DNA of 64,000 nucleotides, taken from Tubulanus polymorphus (taxonomy: Eukaryota; Animalia; Nemertea). The position numbers were made by a program, and so were the translations under genes. The notes below the pieces were generated by a model. The model did no database searches. It saw only the letters and a program-made list of their open reading frames with translations, and was not told the DNA's origin. Shown here piece by piece: positions 14,287 to 27,858 of the stretch (positions are counted from its first letter, which is position 1; every line of letters starts with the position of its first letter). The stretch spans positions 12,674,850 through 12,738,849 of the forward strand of contig NC_134029.1 of NCBI RefSeq assembly GCF_964204645.1, given 5' to 3'.

Positions 14287-14938
14287 TAAAACTGGATTGA
14301 ATATGTGAGATCTCGTGATCTAAAATTTTTTATCACAAATCCAATAAGTCCGAAGGAAAAAACCCTGAACAACGATCACTTTATAGTAAGTTGGAGTGAA
14401 CAAGAAGAAATGTAGGTAGGATTCACAGTTAGTAGGTTTACGAAAAACGGCGACACCTAATCTTGAGTTAGAATTATGAATGAGAACATCGAGAAAAGGC
14501 ATTTTTCCATCAACTGCCCACTCAAAGGTGAACTTCAAGGAAGGATAAAGGGAATTAAGTTTTGTCAAAAAAAATTCAAGGTTGAAATCAGTTGATACTA
14601 AACATAAAATGTCATCAACATACCTCAGCGATAGAAGAGGCGCGAACCCGGTGTATAGGGGTAAAATTTCTGATTCAGTATGTTCTGAGAAAAGGTTAGC
14701 TAAAATCGGTGTGAGGGGGTTGCCCATAGCGAAACTGTATATTTGCTAAAAAAAAACGCCATCAAATTGAAAATAGGCTCTTCTAGCGCATAATTCTAAA
14801 AGATCAATGAGACAGTTAACTGAGATAGGAAAATTCAAATTTAAGGATGGAAGTTTACGTTTGATAAAATCTAAAGTGGGTTCCAGAGGGATGTTAGCAA
14901 ATAGAGAGACTGCATCAAAAGAGATGAACTTGTTGCTA
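14287..14938 (-). mobile_element. Penelope-like element reverse transcriptase fragment
   Basis: Motifs SFDAVSLFANIP, AMGNPLTPILANLF, RYVDD, MPFLDV and FRKPT are typical of PLE RT. Confidence 0.85.
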
Positions 14939-15953
14939 TTAGGGATAATATGACGTTATCTTTGTAATAAATCCATATCGTGTTTGATATGAGAACCAGA
15001 GAACGAACCAAGTAAGGGAGAACGCATTTTGGCAATTGATTTGGAAAGATAATAAGAGGGAGAGCCCCTGCTTGAATGGGGTTAAATTAGAAAGTGGGGT
15101 AGTCTCGCATTCTTTGGTTACCAGACATAATTTTGATTTTTCTGGAGCCAATATTATTTTTCCCAACAGTAATCTCACCAAACGTTTAGATCGGTACCCA
15201 GGCATATTTTTTTACCATGATCAATTGCAAAGTTGTAGTTCATGACATGTTCTATGATCGTGGTGAGTTTCAAGGTCATTGGGTTTTGCATATGGTCACC
15301 AGGGGGCATTGAATAGTAGAAAAACTAAGCATGTCCTTATTAAATTAGTAATGAGGCAGATTGCTGACATGTTCTATGATTTTGGTGAGTTTCAAGGTCA
15401 TTAGTTTTTGTTTATGGTCACCAGGTGGCGTTGAATATTGAAATTGTTAGATTGTTGAGCATTTGCAACCACTTCCCAAGTGGGCATGGTGTCCCTGGAC
15501 CCCTAGTTTGAGATTAATTCTGCCCTTAACAGGATTTTTCAAGCCCTTTCTGAATTTTTGTCAAATTAACGTTCCCTTTTTGACAATATAACATGCTGTT
15601 TCTGGCAATGTAACGTGCCTTTTGGCAATTGATTCAATATAATGTGCCCTGTTTGGTAATATAATGTTCCCTTTTGGCAATTGATTCAAATTCTAATTCA
15701 TTACAGGGCATTCACCTTGGAGATACGTCTGGAGGTCGGATTTTGTGGGCCGGACGGTATTTTCATGAGAATTTTTTTGAAAAGGGCACTTAAGAAATTT
15801 AAGGGGTCGCCCTTGGGGGAAGGGAGTGTGTATATTCTGTACACAGGGCATTCCTCTCAACTCGAATCCTATTATTAATAAGATTTTCCACTTAATAATT
15901 AAGTAGAAAATCCGTTCAACCCAGCAAATGTTTTTTTCTGTCTCCTATATTAA

Positions 15954-16241
15954 CCCTTTCAGTGCTGACTAATTAATACCCTCTAGTGCTGAAGATAATT
16001 TGAAAATTCTGGAAAATTCCACCCTAGCGTGTTGAATAACGGGAATAGCACTATAGTGCGTATACACCCTGGCGTGGTATATCGTTAGTTACTAATATTT
16101 CACTATGTCTGACAGGTGCTGCCATCTTTCAAGAGAGATAATAAGTAATTACTAATTAAATCAATACACCACAATGCGGTGTACTAGCAAAATCCATCAC
16201 TGATTTATACACTGCACTGCGGTGAAGACGCACTGAAAGGG
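15954..16241. mobile_element. piggyBac-type MITE
   Basis: TTAA-CCCTTTCAGTGC ... GCACTGAAAGGG-TTAA. Confidence 0.85.
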
Positions 16242-16966
16242 TTAACCATACATTTAAATTCACTCTACTCGAAATTGCTCAACTCAAATATTCGTTCAAC
16301 TACTTTTGACCAAAGTAACGTTTAAACTCTCAATTCTAATATCTTAACGACCTCCTGGCAGCAACAACAAGTGTCCTTTAAAACAAGCATGTGTTTACTG
16401 CTACTAGTAGGCTACCGGTAGTAGACAATACATCCATCGCTCATGGAGACATTCATTCAATCGTAGGTACACAATCTCCAGCTTGGTTAACGATCCTAAA
16501 TACCCGATACACTTATTAAGAAGTTCACTATGGTAATTTGGCAAGCGGCAGTTCATGATCGTTCATGTTTCTTCGCACCATCATTTTGAATCTCGATTTT
16601 GAATTTTTGAATTTCGTCAAAACCCCAACTCGAATTCCGCTCAACTCAATGATTTCTTCAGGTCCCCATGAATTTGTGTTGAGCGGAGTCTACGGTATGT
16701 TCTACTGGCTTCCTGGAAGGTGTTGCGTACTGAAAGGGTTAATGCAAAGCAAATATTACCTGCTGGCCGTAGTACCCTTAGGGCTCTTGTTGAGAACTAC
16801 CCATAACACTACCCTGATTGTGCTATTGAAAACTTTGACAACGATGTTCTCAACAACGCTAACTCAATCAATTGCCACATAAGCTTACCCTAAAGCATTC
16901 TACCTTTTTTGCAAGGCGCTAAATAAGTGTATTTATATCTAATTAATTTGTTCACTCTTCTTTTAG

Positions 16967-17020
16967 CATGGCTCTTATGGTTCAAATTTATCTTAGGATT
17001 GACAGAGTTGATCTTGCAAA
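16967..17020 (+). CDS. COPE: COPE exon (MALMVQIYLRIDRVDLA-K)
   Basis: ttttag/gtaagt boundaries; matches the COPE region TAMTVQILLKLDRLDLAR. Confidence 0.9.
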
Positions 17021-17134
17021 GTAAGTTGTTTTCATCAAATCTGTGAGAGTTGAATTTTATGCTGGCAGCATTCACGATTATAACTTATAACTTTGACCAT
17101 CAGTTATTAGAAAATGTTTTTTAATCAACTTCAG

Positions 17135-17216
17135 GAAAGAGTTAAAACAAATGCAAGACAATGATGATGACAACACATTAACACAGTTAGCCTTGGCTTT
17201 GTTTAATTTAGCTGTG
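17135..17216 (+). CDS. COPE: COPE exon (KELKQMQDNDDDNTLTQLALALFNLAV)
   Basis: cag/gtatgt boundaries, phase consistent; matches KELKRMQDLDEDATLTQLA. Confidence 0.9.
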
Positions 17217-18309
17217 GTATGTAAATGAAGATGTAATTATTCATAATATTATGTTTGAGTAGTCATTGTGAAAGCATTTCTTAATGGAATTGCACATTAG
17301 CAGAGATGAGAATTCCCCGCGGATTTCGGTATTGAAAAATATCGTTTTTCCAAATATTCCAAAAATGATGTAAAAGTATAGGGGGAGGCTATGATGATCT
17401 CACTCAACTGGTCAGACGCGTTTGGTAATCGGGTGAACCATAAAAGCGTTCAGCGCCTGTTTTACTTATCGTCGCGTATTGCATTGCAACACTGATTTTG
17501 TATCTACTACGATGTGTATGTATTTTATCGGATCGGTTGTCGACACACACGCACGGCAACAGTAGTAATGTATATCGGCCTACTACTGTTGCCACTCACG
17601 TACTGGGTAAACGCCTTCAGATATTATACACTGTGTGATGATTTTTAGTGAGCATTCATTTGTGCATTTTAACTGCAATAATTCAAGGCTCGAGCCGTAA
17701 TGCATGAGATGCTGATTGTTATAGAATGAGGATGTGCCGTATTGGATATAGCCATTAACTTACAAAATATAACAGTTGTTCATGGGTTCATGATCGCTCT
17801 TAAGTGCACAGAAAACGCTTTTAATTTCTAAAATTGTTTTTGTCTGTTTTAGGCAATATTTTAAACAAGAAATCAGGGTATCTCAAAACCAAGGGAACTC
17901 TCATTTTATTTGACCAAATAAATTGGCCCTTTTCACCTTTTTTGATTTCAATTTCAAATCAATTTTATTTATTTATCCACGTACAAAGGAATATACATGT
18001 AAAATACCGATATCAGATAATATAATATCAGACAGTACAAGTAGGTTTTTCAGACATAATATCAAAAGGATCTATGTTTGAAATTGAATTGAAATTGAAC
18101 TTTTTTGATTTACCATGGCATTTTCATGCATAAAAACTGCCCCTTAAAAATAAATGAATTGCCCTCTTTAAACTGCCCTTGAAAGAGAAGCCAACTCTTT
18201 TGATTGGGCCTACAAAGAATCTCCCAGTTTCCAAACATGTTTTCAGAATGCTTTAATTTGTTCTGACCTTGAATTTGAATCCCGTTAAATGACCATTAGA
18301 TAGCATTAT

Positions 18310-19203
18310 TTTTAGGCCAGCCGTAGGCTGAGCCTATTACTATACAAATGGAGCGAATTTAAATGACATGGTTTCCAGAGTAAAGGCTCTTTGATTGTGC
18401 AACTGAGTATATATTCATACAAATCTTTCATTAAAGCATTATCCATCCTCAAAACTCGTATGAAGCTGATTTTTGAAAGAGGGCCTCGGTAAGATTGATA
18501 TGAGCTTTTTCGCGAAATTCTGAACGCAAATATATCTACTTCAAAAAACCAATCGGAAAGCAAAGACTCCTCTATGGTTGGCTTAGCCGCAGAGATCAGC
18601 AGGTGTTCACGTGAACCCACGGTACTGTCTACAGTTTTATGTCCAGGTTTTATCTAAGATCTCTTTCTTTAAGACCTAAAATTGTATTTCAAGATCGATT
18701 TCTGTGTTTATTTGGTTTTTTGGGGCGGAATATTTTTATTTACATTACCGAAAATCTCATTGACAATTGTGCAAAGTCCGGGAAAAATAGCTTTTCCTCA
18801 TCAAATCGGCCGATGGATGACCTTGATATGCTAATTATCCATGTGCTCAAACTGCAAATTCAATCAAATTTTACTCTGCAAAAAGATATCTAATCCAATC
18901 AATTTTAGTTTATTGAACAAATAAAAACATCAAATCCAATTCAATTTTGTTTTATTGAGCTAATTTCAGAAAAATTCAATTCTATTCCGCATTCAAATCA
19001 ATAAGACCAAGGGAAAATATTCATCAGAGGTATTTGTTCCTGCCAGCTCCAGTCGCTGTCTGTGCTACACGATTGTATTATGTAAATTATTAGGTATGAC
19101 TGAGCTGGGAGTGTATTTTGACAAATTTAACCCACAGAATGCATCATTTGCCATTTAATGCAAAGCTGACCGGCTGGCCATAGTGCCCATTGGGGCTCTT
19201 GTT
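18310..19203 (+). mobile_element. HINE family B copy
   Basis: 5' TTTTAGGCCAGCCGTAGGCTGAGCCTA; 3' subterminal IR GGCTGGCC plus hairpin GTGCCCATTGGGGC-TCTTGTT; other copies at ~20754, ~32560 and 58398. Confidence 0.75.
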
Positions 19204-19523
19204 CATTGATTGTGTTCAAAAAATTTGTGTTTTGTATTTTTTTTTAGATTTTTTCATTCTTGTATTTTATGTTGGAACCTAATGTTATTGCTTTTTGGCG
19301 CTAAGAAAAATTCTTTTGTCAGACCGCCGGCAACGTCCCTGCTTTGATATGCACTCCCTATGATCTTGGCATTTTCACTTATGTTTTTTTTTAGATAAAC
19401 TTGTATTATTGGTTCCTTTTATAAATTGTGATATTGTCACTTTTTGAAAAGATCGTAAAATCTCTGCCATTTTGCTTTTCACTCACACTTATACAACGTC
19501 TTTCACTTATACAATGGTTTTAG

Positions 19524-19748
19524 GGAGGAGACAAACTGCAAGATGCATACTATATTTTTCAAGAAATGGCTGACAAGTATGGACCAACACCAATGTTATT
19601 GAATGGTATGGCATCATGCTACATGGCCCAAGGGAAGTTTGATGATGCTGAAGGATGTCTGCTAGAGTCAATAGATAAAGATAGTAATAATCCGGAGACT
19701 CTTGTCAATATGATAGTTCTTTCACAACATTTGGGGAAAGCCCCAGAG
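19524..19748 (+). CDS. COPE: COPE exon ([19 protein letters not shown]...SQHLGKAPE)
   Basis: Highly conserved COPE motifs [14 protein letters not shown] and [16 protein letters not shown]; ttttag/gtgcgt boundaries. Confidence 0.95.
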
Positions 19749-20073
19749 GTGCGTTGATTTCTATTTTGAAATAATTGAAATAAATTTTACCTTGAATTTG
19801 ATTTATGAGATCTATGGCCTGGATGGCTATGTCTAAGCAACTAATGTCACACTATGGGGGTGGTTGCTACATGTAGTTAAAAGTCACCATCCATTTGCAT
19901 TCAATAGATGGATACTTACCATTAGGTAAAGTATCTATGTGTAGAAACCTAAATCATGTGCTTTTACATAGCAGATGGTAATACATGGCAGTAATCTGAT
20001 AGATGAGCCTTGACATTCATTCTGAAAATCAATGATGATTAATCTCATAAATTTATGGTTATTATTTTGATAG

Positions 20074-20148
20074 GTAAGCAATAGGTATATATCCCAGTTG
20101 AAAGATTCCCACAGGAGTCATCCATTTGTTCAGGAATATCTGATAAAG
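20074..20148 (+). CDS. COPE: COPE exon ([25 protein letters not shown])
   Basis: Matches VTNRYLSQLKDAHRSHPF; ag/gt boundaries. Confidence 0.92.
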
Positions 20149-20227
20149 GTACGTGGTTCATGTTGAGAAAATTGCATAGAAATTATCATTTTAAAAGCTT
20201 TGTGAATTTTACGTTTAATTGCTTCAG

Positions 20228-20284
20228 GAGAGTGAATTTGATCGAATCACGCGTAATTATTCTCCAGCGGTGGCATCGTCATGA
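20228..20284 (+). CDS. COPE: COPE last coding exon (ESEFDRITRNYSPAVASS*)
   Basis: cag acceptor; matches ENDFDRL..QYAP; TGA at 20282-20284. Confidence 0.88.
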   Translation, partial: ESEFDRITRNYSPAVASS

Positions 20285-20453
20285 ACAGAAAACGATAGCG
20301 ATGCAATTTAAGCCATCACATCACTGGATTATCTGCAAACCTTGGTGGTCTATACTATTAAACGATTAATGACATTTTGATTAAGATTGACAAGTTCCAA
20401 CTTTAGTGTGTTGTTTATGTTATGTAAGTCAATGTCATGGCAAAACATTAATG

Positions 20454-20459
20454 AATAAA
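20454..20459 (+). terminator. Candidate polyadenylation signal of COPE
   Basis: AATAAA about 170 nt after the stop, with a T/GT-rich tract downstream. Confidence 0.5.
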
Positions 20460-21901
20460 TCAGTTACTCGGAATCAAATGAAATTGAAGTGTTTTAATGT
20501 CAGTTTTGCTTTGCCTTTTAAGAATGCCTATCATCCCATTTACTACAACAAAATTTAAACTTGCAAATGTCTTGCTCTTATTAACTTTTCAAAATAATTT
20601 TGCTTTTCAAACATTAATAGTCTCCGAACGGTGGCGATGTCTGCCCTGGATATCATCTTGATGTTGGTGATAGGCTGTCTATAGTCTGTGCCTGTGCCTT
20701 GGCGATATCCTAGCGAAGGTTGTTCCTTTTTTTGGCGAATTCTTGACGATCAGTTTTTAGGCCAGCCGTGGGCTGATCCTATAACTATACAAATGGAAAG
20801 AATTTAAATGATATCATTCCCAGAGCTAAGGCAATTTGACTGTCCAACTGAGCATATATTCATACAAATCATTCATCAAAGCATTATCCATTCTCCAAAT
20901 CCTACGAAGCTGAATTTTCAAAGAGGACCTTGTTAAAATTTATATGAGGTTTTTTACGAAAATCTGCTAAACGCAAAATATCTGTTTCAAAAAGCCAGTC
21001 AGAAAGCAAAGACTCCTCTATGATTGGCTTACTACATGATTTTTTTACCACAATCAATTGGAAAGTTGTAGCTCATAATGTGTTCTATGATTGTGGTCAG
21101 GTTCATGGTCATTAGGTTTTGTATATGGCCACCACGGGGCATTGAAAAATACAATTACTTAGTATTTCTATATTATATTTGTACGTGCGTATTTTGTTAG
21201 ACAATCAATTGCACAATTGTAGCACATGACATTGTCTACAATTGTAGTGAGTTTTAAGGTCATTACTTATACCGGAAAAGTCGTTTATTAAAGCTTAGTA
21301 GTTTATTAAAGGTTAGTGTCAACAAATGGTCCATTACAATCACTCTAATTTATGTGGAGAGATGCTCTTAACCGGCAAAACCGTGGTCTGTTTCGTGTTA
21401 TTGTTGGCCTACGTAACTGACCTTGCTTGAGCGTTCGCTGCCGGCACGCCGCGTTTAAAGTTATGAATAAAGTATTATATAACTGATTTTTAATGAAATA
21501 CAACAAATAAACCTTTAAAGAAAGGTACCTAGTGTCTGACATTCCACTGAAAAATTGCGGATTGATTCACTGCATAGTTTTTTCATAGTGAGCATTTTAG
21601 TATATGAATCAATCAAGATTATTGACGGACGCGGGTGTGGTTGTATCAGCTGTTGAAGACGTTCGATGTAAACAATGATTTTAACCACGTGTGCGATGAA
21701 AATATGGACATCAAACCAAGAAGCACTGAATTTTTTAATTACATGTGATTTGAATAGGCATCTGTGCTGGTTTTTCAAAAAGTCCAATTCAAATTGACTC
21801 CTATGTATAGGCCTAAGCCAGGCCCTCTGGAATTGAATTGAATTCGACACAGTAATTCACCTGTAATTTGTGATGAATCTTTTTGAAAATAAGCTTGAAG
21901 A

Positions 21902-23571
21902 TTGGGTTTGGCATTTTCCACGGACGACGTACATCGTATTGTCAACGCCAGCTTTTCTGATGGCAACAATGATTCTGAATCTGACGAGCCAGTGAATACG
22001 CCGGAAATGTCTTCCAAATCGTCTGACACCAGTGACGAAGAACCACAGATACCAGATGAGCCGACGGTCAATCATGGGCGTGGGCGTGGACGTGGGCGCC
22101 CTCGTGGACGCTCTCGTGGACCAGATCGTAGTAGTCGGCCAGTCACGGACAATGATTTATTGTGGTCTGACGTCTCGGATCGGACCCTGGGCCGTCTCTT
22201 CTACGGTTCAAGCCGCCGGGCCCGGCCGGTCCTACAAATATGGAAGGTATCGTCAACGTTAATGATCCGCTGGAATATTTTCGTCTATTTTTCAACGAGG
22301 AAATCGTACAAGAGATCGTCGAAAAATTAGCTTCTGATAATTTGAAACGGCGTTCGTGTTTGAAGAAGTGGTACGATACTGATGCTAGCGAATTCCTCAG
22401 GTTCCTGGGAATCTTACTACAAATGGGAGCTTTTCGTCTTCCCACTGTCCAGATGTACTGGAGCCTGAAATGGTTTCATTCAGTTCGATTTTTCCGTGAC
22501 GCCATGCCGAGAGATCGTTTTTTTTTAATGTACCATATGATGTTGCATGTTTGTCATTCAAGTCCAGAGGATGCAATTCGCGAACGCCGAGACAAGATAA
22601 CGCCGCTGTTGAATAAGTTGTGCGAAAAATTCAAAGAGCATTACATACCCTTTCAGGAACTATTGATGGATGAGTCCATGATTGGATTCAAGGGTCATAT
22701 CGCCTTCAAGCAGTATTGCCCTAAAAAGCCAACTAAATGGCGTCTGCTAGCCCGCACTCAAGCATATCCCCATACAGGGTACCTGTAACTTGTATTGCGG
22801 GCGAGACGAAGAAATGGTCATCGAACCAGGTCTTACGAAATCATCGCAAATCGTCCTTGATATCGTGCGACCCTATTACAGGTCACCACATATACTGTGA
22901 CCACCTATACAGTAGCCTTGATCTGGCGGAGAAACTGTACGACTGCAAATGCCATTACACCGGTACGATCATGGTAAATCAGAGGGGGCTTCCTTTACCA
23001 ATCAAGAATTCGCGCAACTTACCACGTGGAGAGATCGCAGTCTACCGAAAGGGAAATGTGTTAGCGCTGAACTGGCATGATAAACGTATTGTATCAGTAA
23101 TCTCCACATATAGCAAAGGGAATGAACACATTGAAGTCGTCATGCGCGGCCGCAGGGAACCGGTTCGAAAGCCAAGTGTTATCAACGATTACAATAAGCA
23201 TATGTCAGGCGTCGATCTGCATGACCAGTACAACAAGTACTATGAAAGTTCTCGCAAAACGGTAAAATGGTGGAAAAAGGTGTTCTTTTGGCTCATCGAA
23301 TCATGTATCACGAATGCGTATATATTATGGAAGCTCAACAACGAGGACAAGCCGACTTATATGGACCCCTCTCGAGAGGCTCAACAGAAAGTACCATTGA
23401 TTGATGTATACAGTCAAATCGTCAAAATCGTGTAAAGTGTGCTCGAGTTATGCGACCGGAGGCATGCGAAAACAGACAAAATTCTACTGCGGCAACTGTT
23501 CTGATCATCCGGCTCTCCATCATGTTGACTGTTTCCACAAGTACCACACACAAAATAATTACAGGAACTGA
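21902..23571 (+). pseudogene. piggyBac (PGBD4-like) transposase, frameshifted
   Basis: Catalytic motifs LMDESM, YCDHLY and GVDLHDQ; YNKHMSGVD; KWWKKVFFWLI; Cys-rich C-terminus YCGNC...CFHKYH. Split across three frames. Right end TGCATGGAAAGAG-TTAA at 24266-24270; left TIR not found. Confidence 0.88.
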
Positions 23572-25059
23572 AAATAACAACTGTAAGACAAATGCATAAT
23601 GTAAGATGAAACGGGATAATAAATGAATTAGTGAACTAGTTTTTATTGCTGTCTTTTTACAACTTGATTTTTTTTCAAATTTCAGGGGTCAGTCTGACCC
23701 CTGATTTTTTCGGGGGTTACAAACACCCCCAATATTCATCAACACCATGAGAAATTATTTATTTCAGCTCAATAGAGGATAATCAGTGAAGGAGGAGACT
23801 TGAAAACAGATAATGACTGAAAAGAAAAAAAATTATGAAAATTTGGATTTTTTTTAACCTTTCATTGACCTTGAGATTTTGACCTTCATTGTGACCCCAG
23901 GAGCCCAAAACTTGTTTCTAGGACCAGGAACGATATCATGTTCAATAAAATGGGTAAGCAAGATCAGTTTGTGTCTGCTTTCTTTTATCGCATGGCCAAT
24001 TACGGAAAAAAGCTGCCCATTTTTGTACGATTGAACCCAGTATGACCCCTCTTTGCCCCCTCCCATCACACCCCTGAGGAGAAAAGTTTTTCAAATATAA
24101 ATTTCTAGATAGAGTAAGTCATCCTGAAATAGAAAATGTATGGTCTTACAATGTTTAATTGAGCTGAAAGCTCTCAGAAATGTTTAATCATGAGATTAAA
24201 ACAATAGCTAAAATTGATGGCGCAAAATCTAGCGATCTGAAAATAAGAAATTCTGCATGGAAAGAGTTAATAACTTTTCATAATTTTCTTTATTAATGAT
24301 ATGTAATTTAGCAACTGCGTGTCACAGTGTTTTTCTCCACGCAATCCGTGTGAGGTCTGATGTAGTGGTGGGACATGCCACGGGTGGTCCCGTGCCTCAG
24401 AGTCCACTACCGGAAAACAGCGGATTCCAAAGAAAAAAAGACAGAGGGAATGTAAACTAATAATACAAGAGTGACCTAGAGGCTAATTCAGGAAATAGCT
24501 TACATTTCTCATTTTACACTCATTCATAAGACATGAATCACAAATACTTCCTAGACTTAATGTATATATATTATTGGCACATTAAGCGCAGCACCAAGCC
24601 ACAATAAGTGTAAAAATATACAGCCAACAGCTAAGCTAAAACTACATATCTCTATAGGAACCTGAAACTGACCTATATTAATATGGACTTTAACATAACT
24701 GACCAATGCCAAGGTCAAGATCTACACGTGTGGAATACTTATTTCTTTATGAAATGCCAACATGAGTATTCTATGACCCAACAAATTACACAGGAATAAA
24801 AACAATGCTTTACCCAACAGAGGTGCATTTACCTATAAGACAGAGGGAATGTAAACTAATAATACAAGAGTTTATTTCACGAATGTCGAGAATGCCTCTT
24901 CTTTCTAAGAGGACATTTTACAGAGTGGCACCCTCTATAATCAAACAGGCTAAGTATCAACTGAAACCGACATGAACCCACTCTGCCACACTCTCCTCTG
25001 ACTTAAAAAAATCATAGTAAACATTGCGAAAACATTGGGACTATCTAGAAAACAAAAAA

Positions 25060-27400
25060 CAAATATAGCTGCATAGCAGCGATAACGGGTTTTCTGCACA
25101 GTCTTGAATCCTGTTCAACGGTGGATTTCGACAAAGCATTTGATAAGGTTCAACATCAGCCATTACTAAACAGGCTATTAGAAAACGGTATCAATGATAG
25201 GTCGCTCAAATGGCTCAGCAGTTATCTCTGAACGAAAACTTGTAGCCGAAATCAACGGAATCTTGGAATAAGTCGGTCTAACTAGTGGAGTCACGCAAAG
25301 TAGTATCCTAAGTCGACAAGAAAATCTTGTTCGAATGAAAACAATTCTGTTTGATCGAACAATACGCTTTTTGTTTGAACCAAAATTTTCTTCATTATGA
25401 CAAAAATGTGTTCGAATAAAAAGCTATGTTATTGTTGAAATGAAGAACTTTCGTCCCGGCAAAGAAATTTGGTTGAGCGAAAACAACTTTTTTGGAACAA
25501 ATGTTTGAATGAAAACAATTCTGCTCGATTGAACGAAATACTTTTGGTTCGGAGAAAAAACTTTTTACAATAGACTTGTTTGAACGAAAAACTTAATGTT
25601 TTTGACAAGAAAATTCTGTTCAAATTAAAACGATTCTGTTCGATCGAATGATTGTTCGAACGAAAAAACTTTCGTTTGGACAAAAAAAAGTTTGTTCAAC
25701 TTTGTTATAACGATTTTCAAATTGGTTCAATCGAACAGAATATTATTGATTCGAACAAAATAAATTTTGTTCCGACGAAAGTATTTTCAAGCAAAAGGTC
25801 TTATGAACGAAAAAAAAGATATTTCTGGGGCTCCGCAGTAACTTAAAGCCGGACGTAGGTCGGCCTTGCGACGCGATGCGATCCTCGCGGTGCATCGCAA
25901 GTTTCACTGCAAGTCGGTTGCGATACAATTGTCAGCGACTGTGTGCGACTAGTTTCTGCCAGTCGCAAGAGCGCGTAGGTCGGTTGTGACAGCCGTGTCG
26001 CGTCGCAGAAAGTAGAACACGTGCGACTTCTTGTGACTGGCGTTGCTGACAGTCGCAACCCGTCGCAAGGGAGCGTAGGTCGATGAGTCGCTGCGACACA
26101 ATCGTCGCTGGCGGTCGCAGTGAATGGCGTCGCAGTGAGTCACAAGCCTTCGCAAAGGCGACCTACGTCCGGCTTAAGTCATAAGCAATTAATGAAATAC
26201 CTGTTTCATTTATGATGAAAAAACTCAAATGAAGAGTCTGGCTTATAAAGCTGTCTGCTCAGACGAAATTTTCAAAAAAAACTCTTTATTTCTGCCAATG
26301 AAATTAATAATTGTGATTGATTGTTGCAAGTCAGAACCAGTTAATCACTAATTAACATGCATTTTAATAAATCTGATTCCTCCTTTACAGTGAACTTAGC
26401 TTTAACCTAGTAGAGGCTACTAGCCTATGTAGGCCTATGAATATGCGTAGACCTAACATCCGGACAGATTGGTCATAGGCCTATTGAATAAGAACCCTCC
26501 TAAATATCGTAAATTTTGTTTTGAAGTTCAATCATCCAATGAGTCCGTCAATAAACGCAACAATTATACTGTGTTTGTTTGAGACAGTAAAGGTCAGTTC
26601 CGGTAGGCCTAAGCCTTAAGGTCGCGTAATCTTCAAGCGACACAGCGAAGGATCTCCTTTCCTCCACAGCGAACGCAAATTCCGAATGTCAAGTGTGAGT
26701 CCAGCATACGGATAGGAGTGTTATATACTTATATTTTGTAAATACCTTGTGCATTTGACAATGATCGGTATGTACTGTAGGAAATATAGAGTATTGATGG
26801 TATTGATATAGAGATTGAAGCCCGCGGCCGAATAAAGTAATATATTCTTTTATTTTGATACCTCGTCGACATAACAGCTTTTCTTCGCTATATCTCTTCG
26901 GCGTGTTTAGTTTAGGCCTACGACTCCCCGGTACACTTATGATTTATCTTAGTAAATACACGGTTAATTTGATACAGAAAAATAGGTATTGCTAAACTAA
27001 CTGCTTGACGCCCGCAGCCAATTCACTGGTAGTAATAAATTAATTTGTACTCGATTTGATTCTCATGATGAGGAGAAACTCGCAGCTGATCCCCGGAACG
27101 ACGATGTAGTGACACACGTCGATTCGTCGATGTTTACGGCTCGACAGTGCTTTTAAAATCTAAAGTAGTAAATTTCCTGTATATCGGTAATACGATTTGA
27201 ATGGGAAAATGGGCTATTGTTAAAATTAGTTTTTAAAAACCGCGACAGAATGTGCAATCTTTGGGTAATAAATTTGTTAATTTATGCTTGAATTGATAAT
27301 TGATGTTACAAGAAACGTGCGGTAGATTTCGGGAAGAGGACTTAGAAAAACATGTCGGCTCTTTGAATGGGGCTCAATTTACGATGATTCTTCAAATTAC
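25060..27400 (+). repeat. Composite repeat unit (CR1/L2 RT fragment + TTCGAACGAA-rich element + Harbinger MITE), copy 1
   Basis: RT remnant VDFDKAFDKVQH...SGVTQ; collinear copies at ~33920-35530 and ~35535-38090. Confidence 0.75.
25847..26174. mobile_element. PIF/Harbinger-type MITE
   Basis: TAA-AGCCGGACGTAGGTCG ... CGACCTACGTCCGGCT-TAA with internal GTCGCA repeats; further copies near 34822 and 36314. Confidence 0.75.
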
Positions 27401-27858
27401 GCACGGGGTATTTGTAGATCGAAGTGAGCTGAGTGATATCAGACGGATTGTATCGACAACAGCGGCAAGGTAACAAAGCCTTTGTTCTTTTAGTAAAAAT
27501 AGTGTGGAAGAAAATAATAATAATAATCATGCGGATATCAATAGGGTTTTCTGTTATTTCACAGAAAACCCTATTGATATCCGCGTGATTATTACTAAAA
27601 ATATGCTAACAGCAATACTAAAGGATATCAAAATACATCACATGTAACAACACTACTTAATGTACCTGTACCACTCATACTATAAGTTAACCGTGTATTA
27701 CTAGACGTATATTCGGAACCAGTCATAAGTCAACTAGCTGCAGACTAATTCCTAACATGTCATCACGTCAATCGTCATCTCAGATGCCTCAGACATGTCA
27801 ATACCGGTACTCGTTTTATTCTCGTTTTGTCTTTTTTGCCTTCTTTTACTTTTTTTTC

